64,000 nt of DNA from Stegostoma tigrinum. Its lineage: Eukaryota. Location: contig NC_081399.1 of NCBI RefSeq assembly GCF_030684315.1, forward strand, positions 6,124,113-6,188,112, written 5' to 3'. The first letter of the stretch is position 1. Each line of letters starts with the position of its first letter. The notes under the pieces are model-generated. The model ran no database searches. It had not been told where the DNA came from and worked only from the letters and a program-made list of their open reading frames with translations. Of the stretch, positions 39,120-51,992 are shown one piece after another. Position numbers and translations under genes: made by a program.

Positions 39120-40988
39120 AACATTGGTACAGAATAGGATTAAAGCTACCAATAAGTTAAGAGTGGAGATGCGGGACCTTCAGAGAGAAATGTTTGAACG
39201 TAAAAATTATATTCTCTTATATTCTGTATTAAAATATGGATCACGTGCTCTACAGTTTCATAGCAACTTGAATGCAATTAATAACAAATTGTCCAAAGAT
39301 GTTTCAGAGGGCAAGTGGGAGATGACATATTGAGCCACATGAGTGCACATTAGGACGCATGGTCAAAATCTGTTGAAGTAATTGGCATTTATGAAGCATC
39401 TTCAAGATAACGAAGAGGAAAGTGGCAAACTGAATAGCTGAACTAAGAATTAACATGTTCAGTGGTTAAGCATTTGAGAGCATGGCTGTCATTGGTGAAA
39501 CACTTAAATTTTATGAGTATGGGATCGATGGAGCGCAGAAGATGCAGGATGTTTGCAGAGCCGATGGAAATAATGGGGAAGGTACAGAAAGACTAAGAGT
39601 GCTTTAGTGACAAACATTGCAACACTGCATATGCCCCTGAGGTGATGTCATTATCTGAAATGTGTAAGCTCCGCCAACAAATTCAAAATGTCCTCATTAA
39701 AGAAATCAACTCAAACGCAGCTCTGTATTCACCCAAAATGAACAATGTTGTTCCCTTACCAAAGTCAAACTAATTACAATTTTTTCACAGTATTACAGGG
39801 CTGCGTTACGACTATAGGTGTTAGAAGAAGAGACCGAATTAGCTATTGAAAAGCCTGGTGCACAATCACCTGCTCAATTTATTTTTTTTTCAATTCAAAC
39901 ATTCTATTAAAAATTCATCTTTAGCAGTTCATCTTTAATCATTCCCGAAGAGGGGTATGCACGTATCTCGTATCTCACAAGTGGTGGGTTGAAGTTAATA
40001 ATGTTGATCCTTTTAAGGAGAAGCTGGATAAAGACATTAGGGATGAAAAAATGGAAGAAAGTGTTCATATTTTGAGGTGAATAGGAAGTGGCAAGTTGTC
40101 CTTGCGGTAATGCTCACCAGCAATAAACAATAATTTAACCATGATACCAGAGTTTGACAAATTTATTTTCCCGATATGTATAAGGAGTACCAGGAAGAGA
40201 ATGATCGCGGCTCGGCGAGACATTATACAGATTTATTCAATGACAAGAGGCATACATAATATGAATACCCAAGGGCTTTTCACCAGGACAGAGAGTCCAA
40301 AACTGGAGGACATTGGCTTAACATGAGCGGGGAAATAGTTAAAAGGGCCTTGAAGTACAAATTTATCACACAGGGGGTCATTTGTATATGGTACAGGCTG
40401 CCAGAGGAAGGAATAGATGTAGATACAGCATAAAATTGCGTTGAATCCATACAATGTGGAAGCATTTGTTCAATCGGTCCATTGACAACAAACTGACCCT
40501 CTGAATAGCATCCCATCTACACTCACCTACATCATCTCTGTAACCCTGAATTTCCCATGGGGATACACCCCAGCTTTCCAGCTCCCAGATACTGCGGGGT
40601 AATTTTACACGGCCACTCCACCTAACCTGCACATCTTTAGGCTGTGGGACTAAGCAGGAGCAATACAAGAAAACCATTCAGACCGGGAACAGCATGGAAA
40701 CTCCATACAGAAAGTCACCCATGGGTGGAATCAAATCCAAGTCGTTTGTGCTGTGAGTAAAGTGTGTGCATGTTTATCATTATGATTCAGAAAGAGTGGA
40801 TATTGGAGGTCAATCCAGACGAGGGCCAATGGGCATGATTGAATAGGTTGTCAATTCTTTAACATTGAGGATAAAAGCATGATAGTCATTGAGGGAAATT
40901 CTGAACAATGGCTCAAACTATCAAGCCTCCGTCTCATTGGAATGATTAGGTATAAAATTTTATAGAATATTTTGAATTGTTTACCTAC

Positions 40989-41041
40989 CTGTGACCACTA
41001 ATTTGGTTCCAGTGCCAAACTTATAATCATAGTTACTTGAT
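40989..41041 (-). CDS. TRBJ: TRBJ segment (SSNYDYKFGTGTKLVVT) with 12-RSS at 41042-41069
   Basis: FGxG motif. CACAGTG + 12 + GCTAAAACT. Donor GTAGGT, phase 1. Confidence 0.93.
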
Positions 41042-44000
41042 CACAGTGTTAGCTTGACATGCTAAAACTACCATTGAGTTAAAACTAAAGGTACAGGATC
41101 TGAGCAGTGAGCTGACATAATCTTCGGTTATGGTTTAAAACAGAAATACTGCGCTCTACAGTGGATTGTGTTTATCCAACAACTTGAATGTAATTAAGGG
41201 CAAATTTTCAGAAGGTATTTCAAAAGTCAAGAAGCACAAATCATGTTGAGCCACATGAGTGTACAATCACATCAAGAATCTGGTTAAATAATTGGGATTT
41301 GAGAAGTACCTTCAAGCCAATGAAGAGAAAAAGCAGTCAACTGAAGTACAGAACATCAGTTCAAAAAGAAACTAAAGTGTATAGTGGTTAAATGTTTGAG
41401 GACATGGATATCTTCTTTTAAACGCAACTTTTATGAGTACAAAATTGATGGAGTGTGGAAGATGAAGGATGTTTGTAGAGCTGATAGAGATGATGGGGAT
41501 AAGCACGGAAAGAGAACAAACTGTGCTTTAAAAACAAACTAAGTAGTTGTCTGAACTGAATTGGTACACGACCTGTTAACACTATATATATGTGTGTACC
41601 CCTGAGGTGACTACAGCGTCTGAATGTATAAGCTCACCCAACAATTTCCAAATGTCTTCATTAATGAAATGAACTCAAACATCAGCTCTGTACTCGCATA
41701 AATGAACAAACGTTTTGCTTTACCAAAGGCACACTGATTATATCCTTTTGCAGTATTACAGAACTGCATTACAAGTATAGGTCTAAGATGAACTGAACAA
41801 ATTAGCCATTATAAAGTGGGATATAAAATCAACTGATTTTAAAAAATAACATTTAATTAGAAATTAATCTCACGCTGTTGGGCAGAAATTTCCCCCCAAG
41901 AATAGCTGATGCAAATATCTCATTACCACAAATAATCGGTTGAGGTTAGTACTATTCATATATTTAAGGAGAAACTGGATAAAGACAGCTGGGAGAAAAG
42001 AATAGGAGAACTTTCTTGGAGTGAAGTAAATAGGAAGTAGAAAGAGGTGCTTGGGATAATTCTCACCAACAATAAACAATAATTTAATCATGATGTTGTG
42101 GTTTGGTAAGTTCAGGGTTCCAAGAACGGAATGATAACAAAGAGTGGAATGATATTATAGAGGTTTATAAAATCACAAGGGGCATAGATATGTGAATAGT
42201 TAACGTTTTTACCCAGGTTAAGGGTGTCCAAAACTAGGTGCCATCTGTTTAACATGAGAGATGAAAGGTTTAAAAGAGTCCTGAGAAGCAACATTTCCAT
42301 ACAGAGGATGGTCTGTGTTTGGAAGAACTGCCAGAGGAAGTAATAGATGCAGATACAGTTACAACAGTTAAAAGACATTTTGAAACGTTCAACGGGAGAA
42401 GAGGTATAGAGGGGTGTGGGCCAAACACGGGCAAATAGAATTTGTCAAGTTTAAGGAACCTGTTCAGGATAAATGAGTTGAGCCAAAGGGCCTGGATCTG
42501 TGCTGCCGACTACTGATGTTGTAGCTTGAATGAATGTGAATAAACACTAGGATACAAAAGGACATGTATCGAATTTCGAGAACTCTCCCACCAGTAACGC
42601 AAGGGTTCAACTGACACTGCACCAACATTATGGTTGCCCAAAAACAGCTCATCACCATCTTCCCCAGGACAATTTGAGATACTTATTCATTGAAATCGCG
42701 TTATAATACTTTTAGTTCAGAAAGGGTTTGGGATTGTTTAGTCTGGAATTTTTTTTTGATTTTGATAATTGCATCTTTTCATGTTCAGACTGACGATCAT
42801 GATGAGCAGAATTAGTTGTCTTTGCTTCCAATGCACACAGCACAGTCAACTCTACCCCTTCACTACAACAATATGTTGAGGTCCGAGAGTGCAATGTCTT
42901 AATTCACAAAGTAAAACAAAAAGATTATGATCTCTAACGGGCAGTTCATATTTGGACATCAACAGTGAACAAATTGTGAGGCATTCCCAGTCGCTCGGCG
43001 AGTTTTCTTTGCACGCAATTCTTTTGATGAGTGAAATGGTTAGTGCCGTGATTAACATTGCTGCCTCAAAGCATCAGACACTCCAGATGGATTCCACCTC
43101 ATCTGTACATTCTCCCTGTTTGTGCGTGGGTTTCCTCTCCCAGTCTCATGCGTGCAGATAGATGGATTGGCTATGCTAAAACCATGTCATAATGTCCAGG
43201 GCTGTGCAAGCCAGCTGAATTAACCCGGGGAAATATTGCGTTATGGGACTATTCTGGATGGGATGCTCCTTGAAGGATAGTATGGGCTCGATGGGCAAAA
43301 TGGTCTGCTTCCACATTGTAGGGATTCCATGACCCTTGGTTGTACTATGCGGACATTTAACGTGACTCCATCCCACCCCATACTCTTCCCAATGATTTGA
43401 AAACGCACACTCAGAATTAGCTGAACATCCCTGAATTCACCAGTCACAACCAACGTGGCACCGCTGGAAAAATAATATTTCCTCCGAGAAGACAGTGTGA
43501 AATACTTATGGAGAAACTTTACGGGGATCTAACCATATCCCGGCCGTTCATACTCAATGCCTTGCCAATTGGAACTGTCCGTTCTCATTAAAGTCTGACT
43601 TGGGCTTTTCGATCACTCAAGCCGGACACGAGCCAATTTAAAATGTTTACGCAGAGCAGCAGGGTCAAAATTTAAACTAACACCATTTCCAACATACGTC
43701 CGTCCCATGTAAATGGTATTTTACCTATCTGCACCCCAACCCCAACTACAGTTACAGTCCTGGAAACAACTAGAGTAGCTTTAATTATTAAATTTAACGT
43801 TGTGACGCGTATCTCATGGAATAAACGCTAACTTGTTCAAAATCATGAATCATGGAATTCCCATAGTGTGGAAGATGGCCATTTGGCCGATCAAGTCCAC
43901 ACTGATCTTCCAAAGAGCATCCTATCCAGCTGCCACCTAGCCTGCACATTATGAGTAATTTAGCATGGATAATACACCGAATTTGCATATTATTTGAACT

Positions 44001-44352
44001 GTGCCAGGACACTCACATAGACCCAGGGATAATGAGCAAACTCTACGCACAGGTTCCCCAGGGTGGAATCGAAACCAGTTCCCTGGAGTTGTGAGGCAAC
44101 AGTGCTAACCATTGAGTAACTATGCTGCCCCAATGAATGCTGACCGTTCCCTAAAATAGATAGCCTGGACTCTTTACCAAATACATTACGCACATTGCAT
44201 AAGAACACACACGGATAGTTAAACAGATTCACAGATGTACCGACAAATGAATATTATGCATTGCTAGACAGACAGACGTAGGGATAGACAGCTGGTCACA
44301 GTTGATAGACCAAACAATGGACATTTGTACGGTTATGCATCAACAAACTTAC

Positions 44353-44402
44353 CCAAAACAGTCAACTTCGTGCCAGCCCCGAAGTAATAAATGCTAGCAG
44401 AA
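44353..44402 (-). CDS. TRBJ: TRBJ segment (SASIYYFGAGTKLTVL) with 12-RSS at 44403-44430
   Basis: FGxG motif. CACAGAG + 12 + CTCAAAACC. Donor GTAAGT. Confidence 0.94.
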
Positions 44403-45051
44403 CACAGAGCTAGATCCCTGTCTCAAAACCTTGAAGCTTTTTGTGAGAGCTGCCCTTAATGACAAGGGAGCCCGTGGACCCACAGGACAGAGCAAAGTGG
44501 GAAAAGGAGTGGAGGCCATTCATTCGTGTTTAGCACACTCCTGACAAATCTGGCTTAATTACATACTTTTCTTTCAGAGACTATGAATTTTAGAGCTGGA
44601 GGGTTTCCGTGGGCAGTCAAGTGTCAGCAGCACCTAGCGGGTATGGGTATGTACACTTGCATATCGTAAACGGGATACTTGTATTATTAAGGTAATCTCT
44701 ACTCCCAGGATACCAGGGGAAAGGTACCCTCTGATTATCCTAATGACTCCTTTAACTATCTTAATCGTTTAAATCAGTAAAGCCTTCAGCTTCAAATATC
44801 AACGCATTGCTAGAAATAGTAAGCATCATAGCCTTAGTAAATAAGGACACCTACAATCAGGAGTAGGCCATTCAGCCTCTCGAACGTGTTTCACCATTGA
44901 ATGGCATCATGGCTGATCTGTGGCCTAAGTCCATATGGCTACCTTTGGTCTATGTCCCTCAACGTTTTTACAGTGCAGCGAATCCAGTTTGTCGTTTGTG
45001 GAATAGTTTCAAACATCTACCACCCGCTATGTAGAAATGCTTTATATCAGG

Positions 45052-45338
45052 GGGTGGCATGGTGGCTCAGTGGTTAGCCCTGCAGCCTCACAGCGCCAGA
45101 GATCCAGGTTTGATTCCAGCCTCGGCGACTGTCTGTGCAGCGTTTGCACATTCTCCGCGTATCTGCATGGATTTCCTCCGGGTGCTCCGGTTTCCTCCCA
45201 CAGTCCAAAGATGTGCAGGCTGGGTGGATTGGCCATGCTAAATTACCCGTAGTGTTCGAGGATGTGTGAGTTATAGGGGGATGGGTCTGGGTGGACTTGT
45301 TGGGCCAAAGGGCCTGTTTCCACACTGTAGGGAATCTA
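45052..45338 (+). mobile_element. tRNA-derived shark SINE (HE1/V-SINE-like)
   Basis: Closely similar to the 38559-38858 copy. Confidence 0.88.
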
Positions 45339-47306
45339 TAATCCATATCATCTTTCCTGCACGCCCTGTCTCTAATTCTCAGATTATGACCTTCATTCTA
45401 GAATCGACAACTAGTGCAAACAGTTTATCTTTATCTACCCTGTCTTTTCCTGTCAGCGTCTGGAAGGATATGATTAGATCAGCTATTAACCTCCTAAATT
45501 GCAGAGAAAACAGGCCTAAATTATATAAACTCTCCTCATGACTGAATCTCTGAAGTCTAATTATCAATTTTGTAAACTTGCACTGTACTCCCTCAAAGCC
45601 AATATATCCTTCCCGTGACGTGTGCCCAGATCTGCTCACAGTGTCGAAGCAGGGACTAAGCTGGGCTTGGAATAGCTGTAGCATGACTTCTGTGTCTTTT
45701 TATTCAAGTAGACTAGATATAAGCACCAGCATTCCACTAGTCACCTTGATTATTTTCTGAACGTGTTCGTAGTATTTTAAGAGTTGGATAAAATAGTAAA
45801 TTTGCCTTGTAAATTCATCCGAAGTACCCCAGCTCATTCAAAATTCAGTTATAAACTTGGAAAGATAAGTCGACATAAGTAAAAGGAACCTTTCACTTCA
45901 TCTTCTCTGGTCTGCCATTTACTTTTCACACTTAGTCACTTTCCCACTAATTTCACAAAACCGCTTTCCACTTCATATTTTAGCAATATTCATCTTTGAA
46001 TTAAGCCATGCTCTTCTCATCAATCTAATCTCGTGTGTAATGTCACACAGTTCTGACACCATCACTCTGTGAGCACAGATGGCTCTCCTGAATAAAGGAT
46101 TTGAATCCTTCCTTGCGTCCATATACATAGGGCTTCTAGGTATGGTGTTCTCAACAAATAGAAACATATTCCAGATGTCTATCTCATCCAAACACCTACT
46201 TCATTGATACAGGGTCATGGACACAGCCTTCTGTCACCTTGAGGGTAAACAGCATTAATATACAGAGGGAGCTTGATGTCCAAGTCCATGGCTCCCTGAA
46301 GAGGAGACAATTATGATGGATAAAGTACCAAAGAAGGCACACAACATGGTTACCTTCATCAATCGGACGTTCGGCATAAAAATTCTCAAGTCAGGTTGCA
46401 GGTGCACAGAATTGAAATTGCCCATCTTTGGAATATTGTGTGCAGTTGTGGTCACCGCACGACAGGATTGATGTGTACGTTTTGCAAAGGATGTTACCTG
46501 TAATAGCTATAAGGAAAGGTTGGACAAACTTGGATTGTTTGCAGGACAGGGGCGAACTGAAAGAAGAATATACACTAAGACGCATAGATAGGTTAGATAG
46601 TCAGTTTTCCAGTGTGCTACGTCAAATACTAGGGAACAAACATTTAAGGTGAGAAGAGGAAAGACTTTTTTTTCCACACAGAGTGTGGTAGTTGCCTGGA
46701 ATAAGCTGCCCAGGGAGGTGGTAGGAGCAGAAATGATAGCAACGTTTAAGAGGCATTTCGACCCACACGTGAACGCGCAGTGAAGAGGCAGGACACGGAC
46801 CATATGCAGCTAGATGGGATTAGTTTAGAAAGATACCGCGGTCATCACTGGTATGGTGGTCCAAAGAACCTGGTCCTGTGATGTTTTTTGAATGTTTCGT
46901 CTCTTTTGGTGATTCTAACCTCTTGGTTTGGCATCAACGTTGTTAATTCTTAAGGAAAACTTAGCTGGTGCCTCTAAAGCACTCTACAAGCTGCAGTTTA
47001 GACATGCATAAAATACAATTGAACGGACATAGTTTTAGGTCTACGTTCGTATCAAGTCTGCTATTCTCACATGTCAATGTCTGGGATTCTACCTACGCCC
47101 TCAGTGTTGCATGTTCTGGTAATTTTACAGAATCTCCGTCACGTTCCAACTCAGTTTCTTCTACTGTATAACGGGTGCAACAAGATCTAAATCATTTCCC
47201 TCAGCTCCAGAACGTTTTATTCTGTCAATTCTCTCACCACCATCCTTCCCCACATGGATCCACAATTTATAATAATTCTCTCAGTATTACTAATTTGTTC
47301 ACTTAC

Positions 47307-47353
47307 CGACAACGACCAGCTTTGTCCCAGTTCCGAAGTATGCTTCATTGTAA
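47307..47353 (-). CDS. TRBJ: TRBJ segment (YNEAYFGTGTKLVVV) with 12-RSS at 47354-47381
   Basis: EAYFGxGTKL motif. CACAGCA + 12 + TTCAAAAGC. Donor GTAAGT. Confidence 0.94.
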
Positions 47354-47863
47354 CACAGCAGTAAGACCCTGTTTCAAAAGCCCCATCTCAACCAGTGCTC
47401 TTTATTTATTCTATTCAAATTCCACCTATCCTAAGGACCAGAAAAATTCCTACATCTATGGGGTGGTGAGGTGGCCAATCACTCCTGTAATCTACCAAAT
47501 CCACTTTCACATCCACAGATCAAATTAACAAGCCTACAAATTCTGCCCAGATGCATGCCACTATAGGAGTTTAGAAGTTTCCTGCTCTTGTTCTGAACCA
47601 AGTGTTACATTAAGTTGACACTGGGTGACTTAACTTCGTGAACGAAAATCATTTTCTTGGTAATCAGATCAAACTCCCGAGTTTCCTTACATCTGTGATG
47701 AAGACACAAAGGGAATAGTGTCCTGCACAAACTGAGAAACTGGTCTGATTTTTCGTCGCTGCTCAAACGATTTATAACTGACCAACCCCACAGAATAGAT
47801 CGTGAGAAAGCCCAGGAAAGCATCAAAACAAAAAACACAGGCTTACATTGCCAATTTCCTTAC

Positions 47864-47911
47864 CTAATACTGTCAGTTTGGAGCCCAGACCGAAATGAAC
47901 TTCTCTTCCAG
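47864..47911 (-). CDS. TRBJ: TRBJ segment (GREVHFGLGSKLTVL) with weak 12-RSS at 47912-47939
   Basis: FGxG motif. CACACCA + 12 + ACATCAAAC. Donor GTAAGG. Confidence 0.88.
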
Positions 47912-48380
47912 CACACCATCAGATCACTTCACATCAAACCCCTTCTACCAAAGAGGCAAAGACGATCCATTTAAAATAATGTGGAGAGCAGGTCGACGGG
48001 AGCCCTGCTTCAGAGAGTAAGCACTTTCCAGAGTCTCACAGAGGGGGATACAAACAGTTGAATTTCCTCCAGGATAGCAATTTGGATCATAATCACCTCA
48101 CATTTTGGAATGTTGATCCTTGGCTTATATCTATCCAAGAGGTCAGTGTTCGATCTAAGTGAAGAATGAGCAATTGTTTCAGGTGTTACAACCAAAACCT
48201 ATTCCTATTTCCAAAAGCTAAAGCCAGTGAAAGTTTCAACATCGTTTGAAGACATTAATGCCTTGGTTCCCACAATAACCCAAGTGCAAATGCTGAACGA
48301 TTTGGTGTCATTACTAACGTTCTTCGCCTGATAATCTGAGGGGTTTTTGTATAGGGCCTGCATGGGATTGTATCATCGTG

Positions 48381-48393
48381 AGTTCCCTGTCCC
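48381..48393 (-). other. TRBD: TRBD segment GGGACAGGGAACT flanked by 5' 12-RSS (48394-48421) and 3' 23-RSS (48342-48380)
   Basis: Plus strand: GGTTTTTGT-23-CATCGTG-[D]-CACAGTG-12-ACAAAAAGA. GGGACAGGG core as in tetrapod TRBD1. Open in all three frames (GTGN, GQGT, DRE). Confidence 0.96.
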
Positions 48394-48459
48394 CACAGTG
48401 ATACACACTCGAACAAAAAGAAAGGTAAAGTGTGTGGCTGCGCCTCTTCGCTTGGTTCA

Positions 48460-49062
48460 AAGTCCTTTAGCTGCTGCTGTCCTATGAGATCCAGGTGTTG
48501 AAATGTAGTTTTGTAGTTCTTGTCGAAATTCATCTTGAGTAGTTCCTTAACATTGGACTCTGTGCTCCAGGGTCTATTTCCTGGGATGTGCACCAAGACA
48601 AACATTGACTGCCTCTGGAGGACCATCTACTCAGTGAAAGATACAGTTCGGTTGCTTGAAGCTTGTTGGTCTTCCAGAACAAGGAGTTGACCTCAACTGA
48701 GTCTTAAAGGCTAGCCGATGCCAGGGTCCAGGACTACATGCTGCAGAATACACCAAGATTGATTCAGCTGCTGCGAAGATTCAGTGGGCAAAGACCACAG
48801 CTGCTGCGAAGATTCAGTGGGCAAAGACCACAGCCTGGGGTCTTTCCACCAATGTTAAATGGGACTCCTTTCAATTATCAGAACCTTCTGGTACCTCAAG
48901 TATATGTAAGTACATTATACAGGTTAGAGATGCTTTAGGCTTGTTTGTTGAATGAGTCTAAATCCAATCTTTGTTTCTCCATATGCTACTGTAGAGAAAT
49001 GAAATGTCTATGTACCCTTGTAAAGATACTTCTACGAAATTAATGTCTTTTTTAAAATAAAA
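48460..49062 (+). mobile_element. Tx1/L1-like LINE 3' fragment containing an internal 33-bp tandem duplication (~48765-48833)
   Basis: Related to 55690-56170 (ggtccaggactac/ggttcaggaatac...cagctgc...cagtggg...accac, A/T-rich tail). Family assignment from recall. Confidence 0.5.
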
Positions 49063-50189
49063 TATCAGTTTTAGCTTAGGAGGTGGAGTCATTCGAAGGT
49101 GCCACTTTACCAAGTGATGGTGGAATAAATCTGGGTCATGAAGTGGTCAGTCAAGCAGAGGCGCTAGCAGTAAAGAAACTGCAGAAGATGTCATTCCATA
49201 CCTCGGGAGCCTGTTGCCACAGGAACAGAATGAGGCCATTCACCACCTTTTCAAACATTATACCTAGACAGGAAGATGACGATACCATTCATCCCCTCCT
49301 CCAGTTGGTTGCACAGAAACAGGAAGAAGGCCATTCTGAGAATTTGGTGCTTGAATATTCTGATATTCTGGATTACTTTGTTTCTGTCTCCTGTCTCTAT
49401 TGATTGTTTTCACTGGTCTTCCTGCTGTTGAACGCGATCTGACCTCCTTCCTCTCTCATGTCGTTTTGCTCTGTCTCATAAGGAAAGCAGCGTCAACAAC
49501 CTCTTCAGACACAGCACACTTTTACGCACTTGTGACCTCCCAAACTATATTTCAGAAGATTTCTACATTTACAAAGCCAAGGGTGCAAATGTTGCTTCGA
49601 TACTTGGTTAACATGGCTTGCATACCACTATTTGAACCGACCTCCTTTGGAAACAGTTTGCCTTCATACACACCTGCACTAAAAGTCTGTAGCTTTAGAA
49701 GAGCTGACGTAAACTTTGACGAAAAACAAAACTAATAAAGACAGAGGGAGGAATGATACAGAAGTGCCAAAGTTTTACAAGGAAAGACGATTGCATAGCC
49801 AACAACATAAGTGTCTTACTCTTTTCCCAATAAAATTCAAGGCTCAAGGTATGGAACCAGCGTGGTTCCTAACCGTTAAATAGCAGCGCTGAATGTTGTT
49901 ATGAGATCCATTACAAAAAGTACAATTATAGCCCAGTCTAGGAATCGGGCTTAACCCCCACATAGAATCTAGATCACTGTTTGTATATCCATTTTAATGC
50001 AGTAGGTGACACGGAGGAAGGTACAAATGAAAGTATCTCAAGGGAGTTGGAGCATAACTAAGGAAGTCTTAGTGAAACTGCACAGGTTCTGGTGAGAACG
50101 CATAGAGATATGGAGGCATACAGTTTGGAAACAGACCCTTCAGTCCAACCAGTCCATGCCTAACATAATTCCAAACTTATTAAGTTAAC

Positions 50190-50642
50190 ATAATTCCCCC
50201 ACCTCATCCTAAAACCAGCCCAGTTCGCCCCCTCCCCCCACTGCATCACACAATGAGCCCAGGTCTTCCCCTCCACCCAGTGCATCCCAAAACCAGCCCA
50301 GACTGTCTCTGCCTCCCTAACCTGTTCTTCCTCTCACCCATCCCTTCCTCCCAGCCCAAGCCACACCTCCATCTCCTACCTACTAACCTCATCCCACCTC
50401 CTTGACCTGTCCGCCTTCCCTGGACTGACCTATCCCCTCCCTACCTCCCCACCTATACTCTCCTCTCCACCTATCTTCTTTTCTCTCCATCTTCGGTCCT
50501 CCTCCCCCTCTCTCCCTATTTATTCCAGAACCCTCACCCCATCCCCCTCTCTGATGAAGGGCGAGGCCCGAAACGTCAGCTTTTGTGCTCCTGAGATGCT
50601 GCTTGGCCTGCTGTGTTCATCCAGCTTCACACTTTGTTATCA
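50190..50642 (+). mobile_element. Penelope-like element 3' fragment with terminal repeat
   Basis: Pyrimidine-rich segment homologous to the 32340-32822 arm, followed by the CTGATGAAGGG...CCCGAAACGTCAGC repeat. Confidence 0.75.
50547..50580 (+). ncRNA. Minimal type I hammerhead ribozyme motif in the Penelope terminal repeat
   Basis: CTGATGA (50551-57), A, stem II GGGC-gag-GCCC, GAAAC, GTC cleavage triplet. Palindromic ACGT stem III. Short CT/AG stem I. Confidence 0.6.
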
Positions 50643-51882
50643 TAATTCCAAAATAAACTAGCCTCACCTACATTTCCTATTCATGCACTTATCCAAATTT
50701 CATTTAAACGCCGTAATTCTACCCAATCCACTGAGCAGTTTTAGTCCTTATATTTCAGGAAAGATATTATTACATTAGAGGAAGTTCTGAGAAGAATGAT
50801 CCCTGGTTTGGGGGATTGTCTCATGAGCAAAGTGTAACAGATTGGGACTCTTTTCACTGGAGTTTAGAATGATGAGAGGTAATCTCATTATAACAAATAG
50901 GACTCAAGTGGCTTGACAGGGTAAATGCTGAGAGACTCATTGCAGAGTCTAACAACTGAGGCATAGACACAGAATAAAGGAGCGCCAATTTAAAATTGAG
51001 TTGAAGAGGAATTTCTTCTCTCAGAAGCTCGTGAGTTTTTGAAACTCCTTGCCAGAGGGAGCTGTAGGGCACAGAGTCATTGTGTATGTTTAAGGCTGAG
51101 GCAGATAGATGCTTGATCAGTGGGGGAATCATGTGTTGTGGTGAAAGGGCAGAAAAGAAAAAATGAGGAATAACAGATGAGCCACGATCCAAGTGAATTG
51201 CAGATGAGGTTCGAGGGGTCGAAATGTCTACTCTGTTCCAAATTGCTTCGGTCTTAAAAGGTCTCAGAACAGAATGCTATGTCTTTCAGGGGTGATTTTA
51301 CAATCTGGAGCTCTATCTGTTAGAAGAGTGAGCACTAATTGTAATGTGAAAAGAGACGCTTGAAATTGTGGAATAGTGCGGTTGGGTCCATTTGATGTAT
51401 TGTGGTTCTTAATTAGAGGAGATCAATATCAGACAAAAGTTAGTGTGACCAATGAGAAAGTCTTGAGCGCATGTTTTGTCTTCTCGTTTGATAGCCATTG
51501 GATGGTTAATACTGAGGAGAGCTGTAGTGAGACAGAGCGACACTTTCAGAAGTTCAGTCTGAGGGAAATATGCACTGTTGGAGTGTCAGCCCTTTGGGAT
51601 TGCTGCATAATTGGAAGGTTGATACTGATTGAGCACAGCAGTGTTTGGAGCGTCAGTGCTGTGGGAATGCTATGCTGTTCAGTAATTGTACTGCGGGAGT
51701 GCAACTGTATGCAGCATCAGCACTGTGGAAGTGCTGCCCTGTGTAGCGTGAGCACTTTGAAACCGATGCTCTGTGCAGTGTCAGTAATATGCGTGATTTA
51801 CCCTGTACAGGTTCAGCACAATGAAGAGAAAAGGATTTCAAAGGGACAGTACAGATAGTGGGCTACCCTGTCTGATCTTGAG

Positions 51883-51992
51883 TGCTGAGGAAGCATGGCA
51901 GGGTCTCATTGACACTGCTGAGGAAGCATGGCAGGGTCTCATTGACACTGCTGAGGAAGCATGGCAGGGTCTCATTGACGCTACTGAGGAAG
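51883..51992. repeat. 33-bp minisatellite x3.3 (TGCTGAGGAAGCATGGCAGGGTCTCATTGACAC)
   Basis: Units start at 51883, 51916, 51949 and 51982. Confidence 0.93.

Larger units (their letters stand above)
38870..42180. repeat. Tandem segmental duplication (~1.4-kb copies, ~1.9-kb period) carrying one J per copy
   Basis: About 38870-40260 aligns by eye with about 40790-42180 (e.g. tgagccacatgagtg, cccctgaggtga, ccaacaaattcaaaatgtc/ccaacaatttccaaatgtc, caataaacaataatttaa). Confidence 0.85.

Noticed and set aside
47691-47740. Leader-like segment FLSLCRTLFPLCLHHR ending at a GTAAGG donor between two Js
   Set aside because: No nearby ATG, no FGxG and no RSS; cannot be supported.
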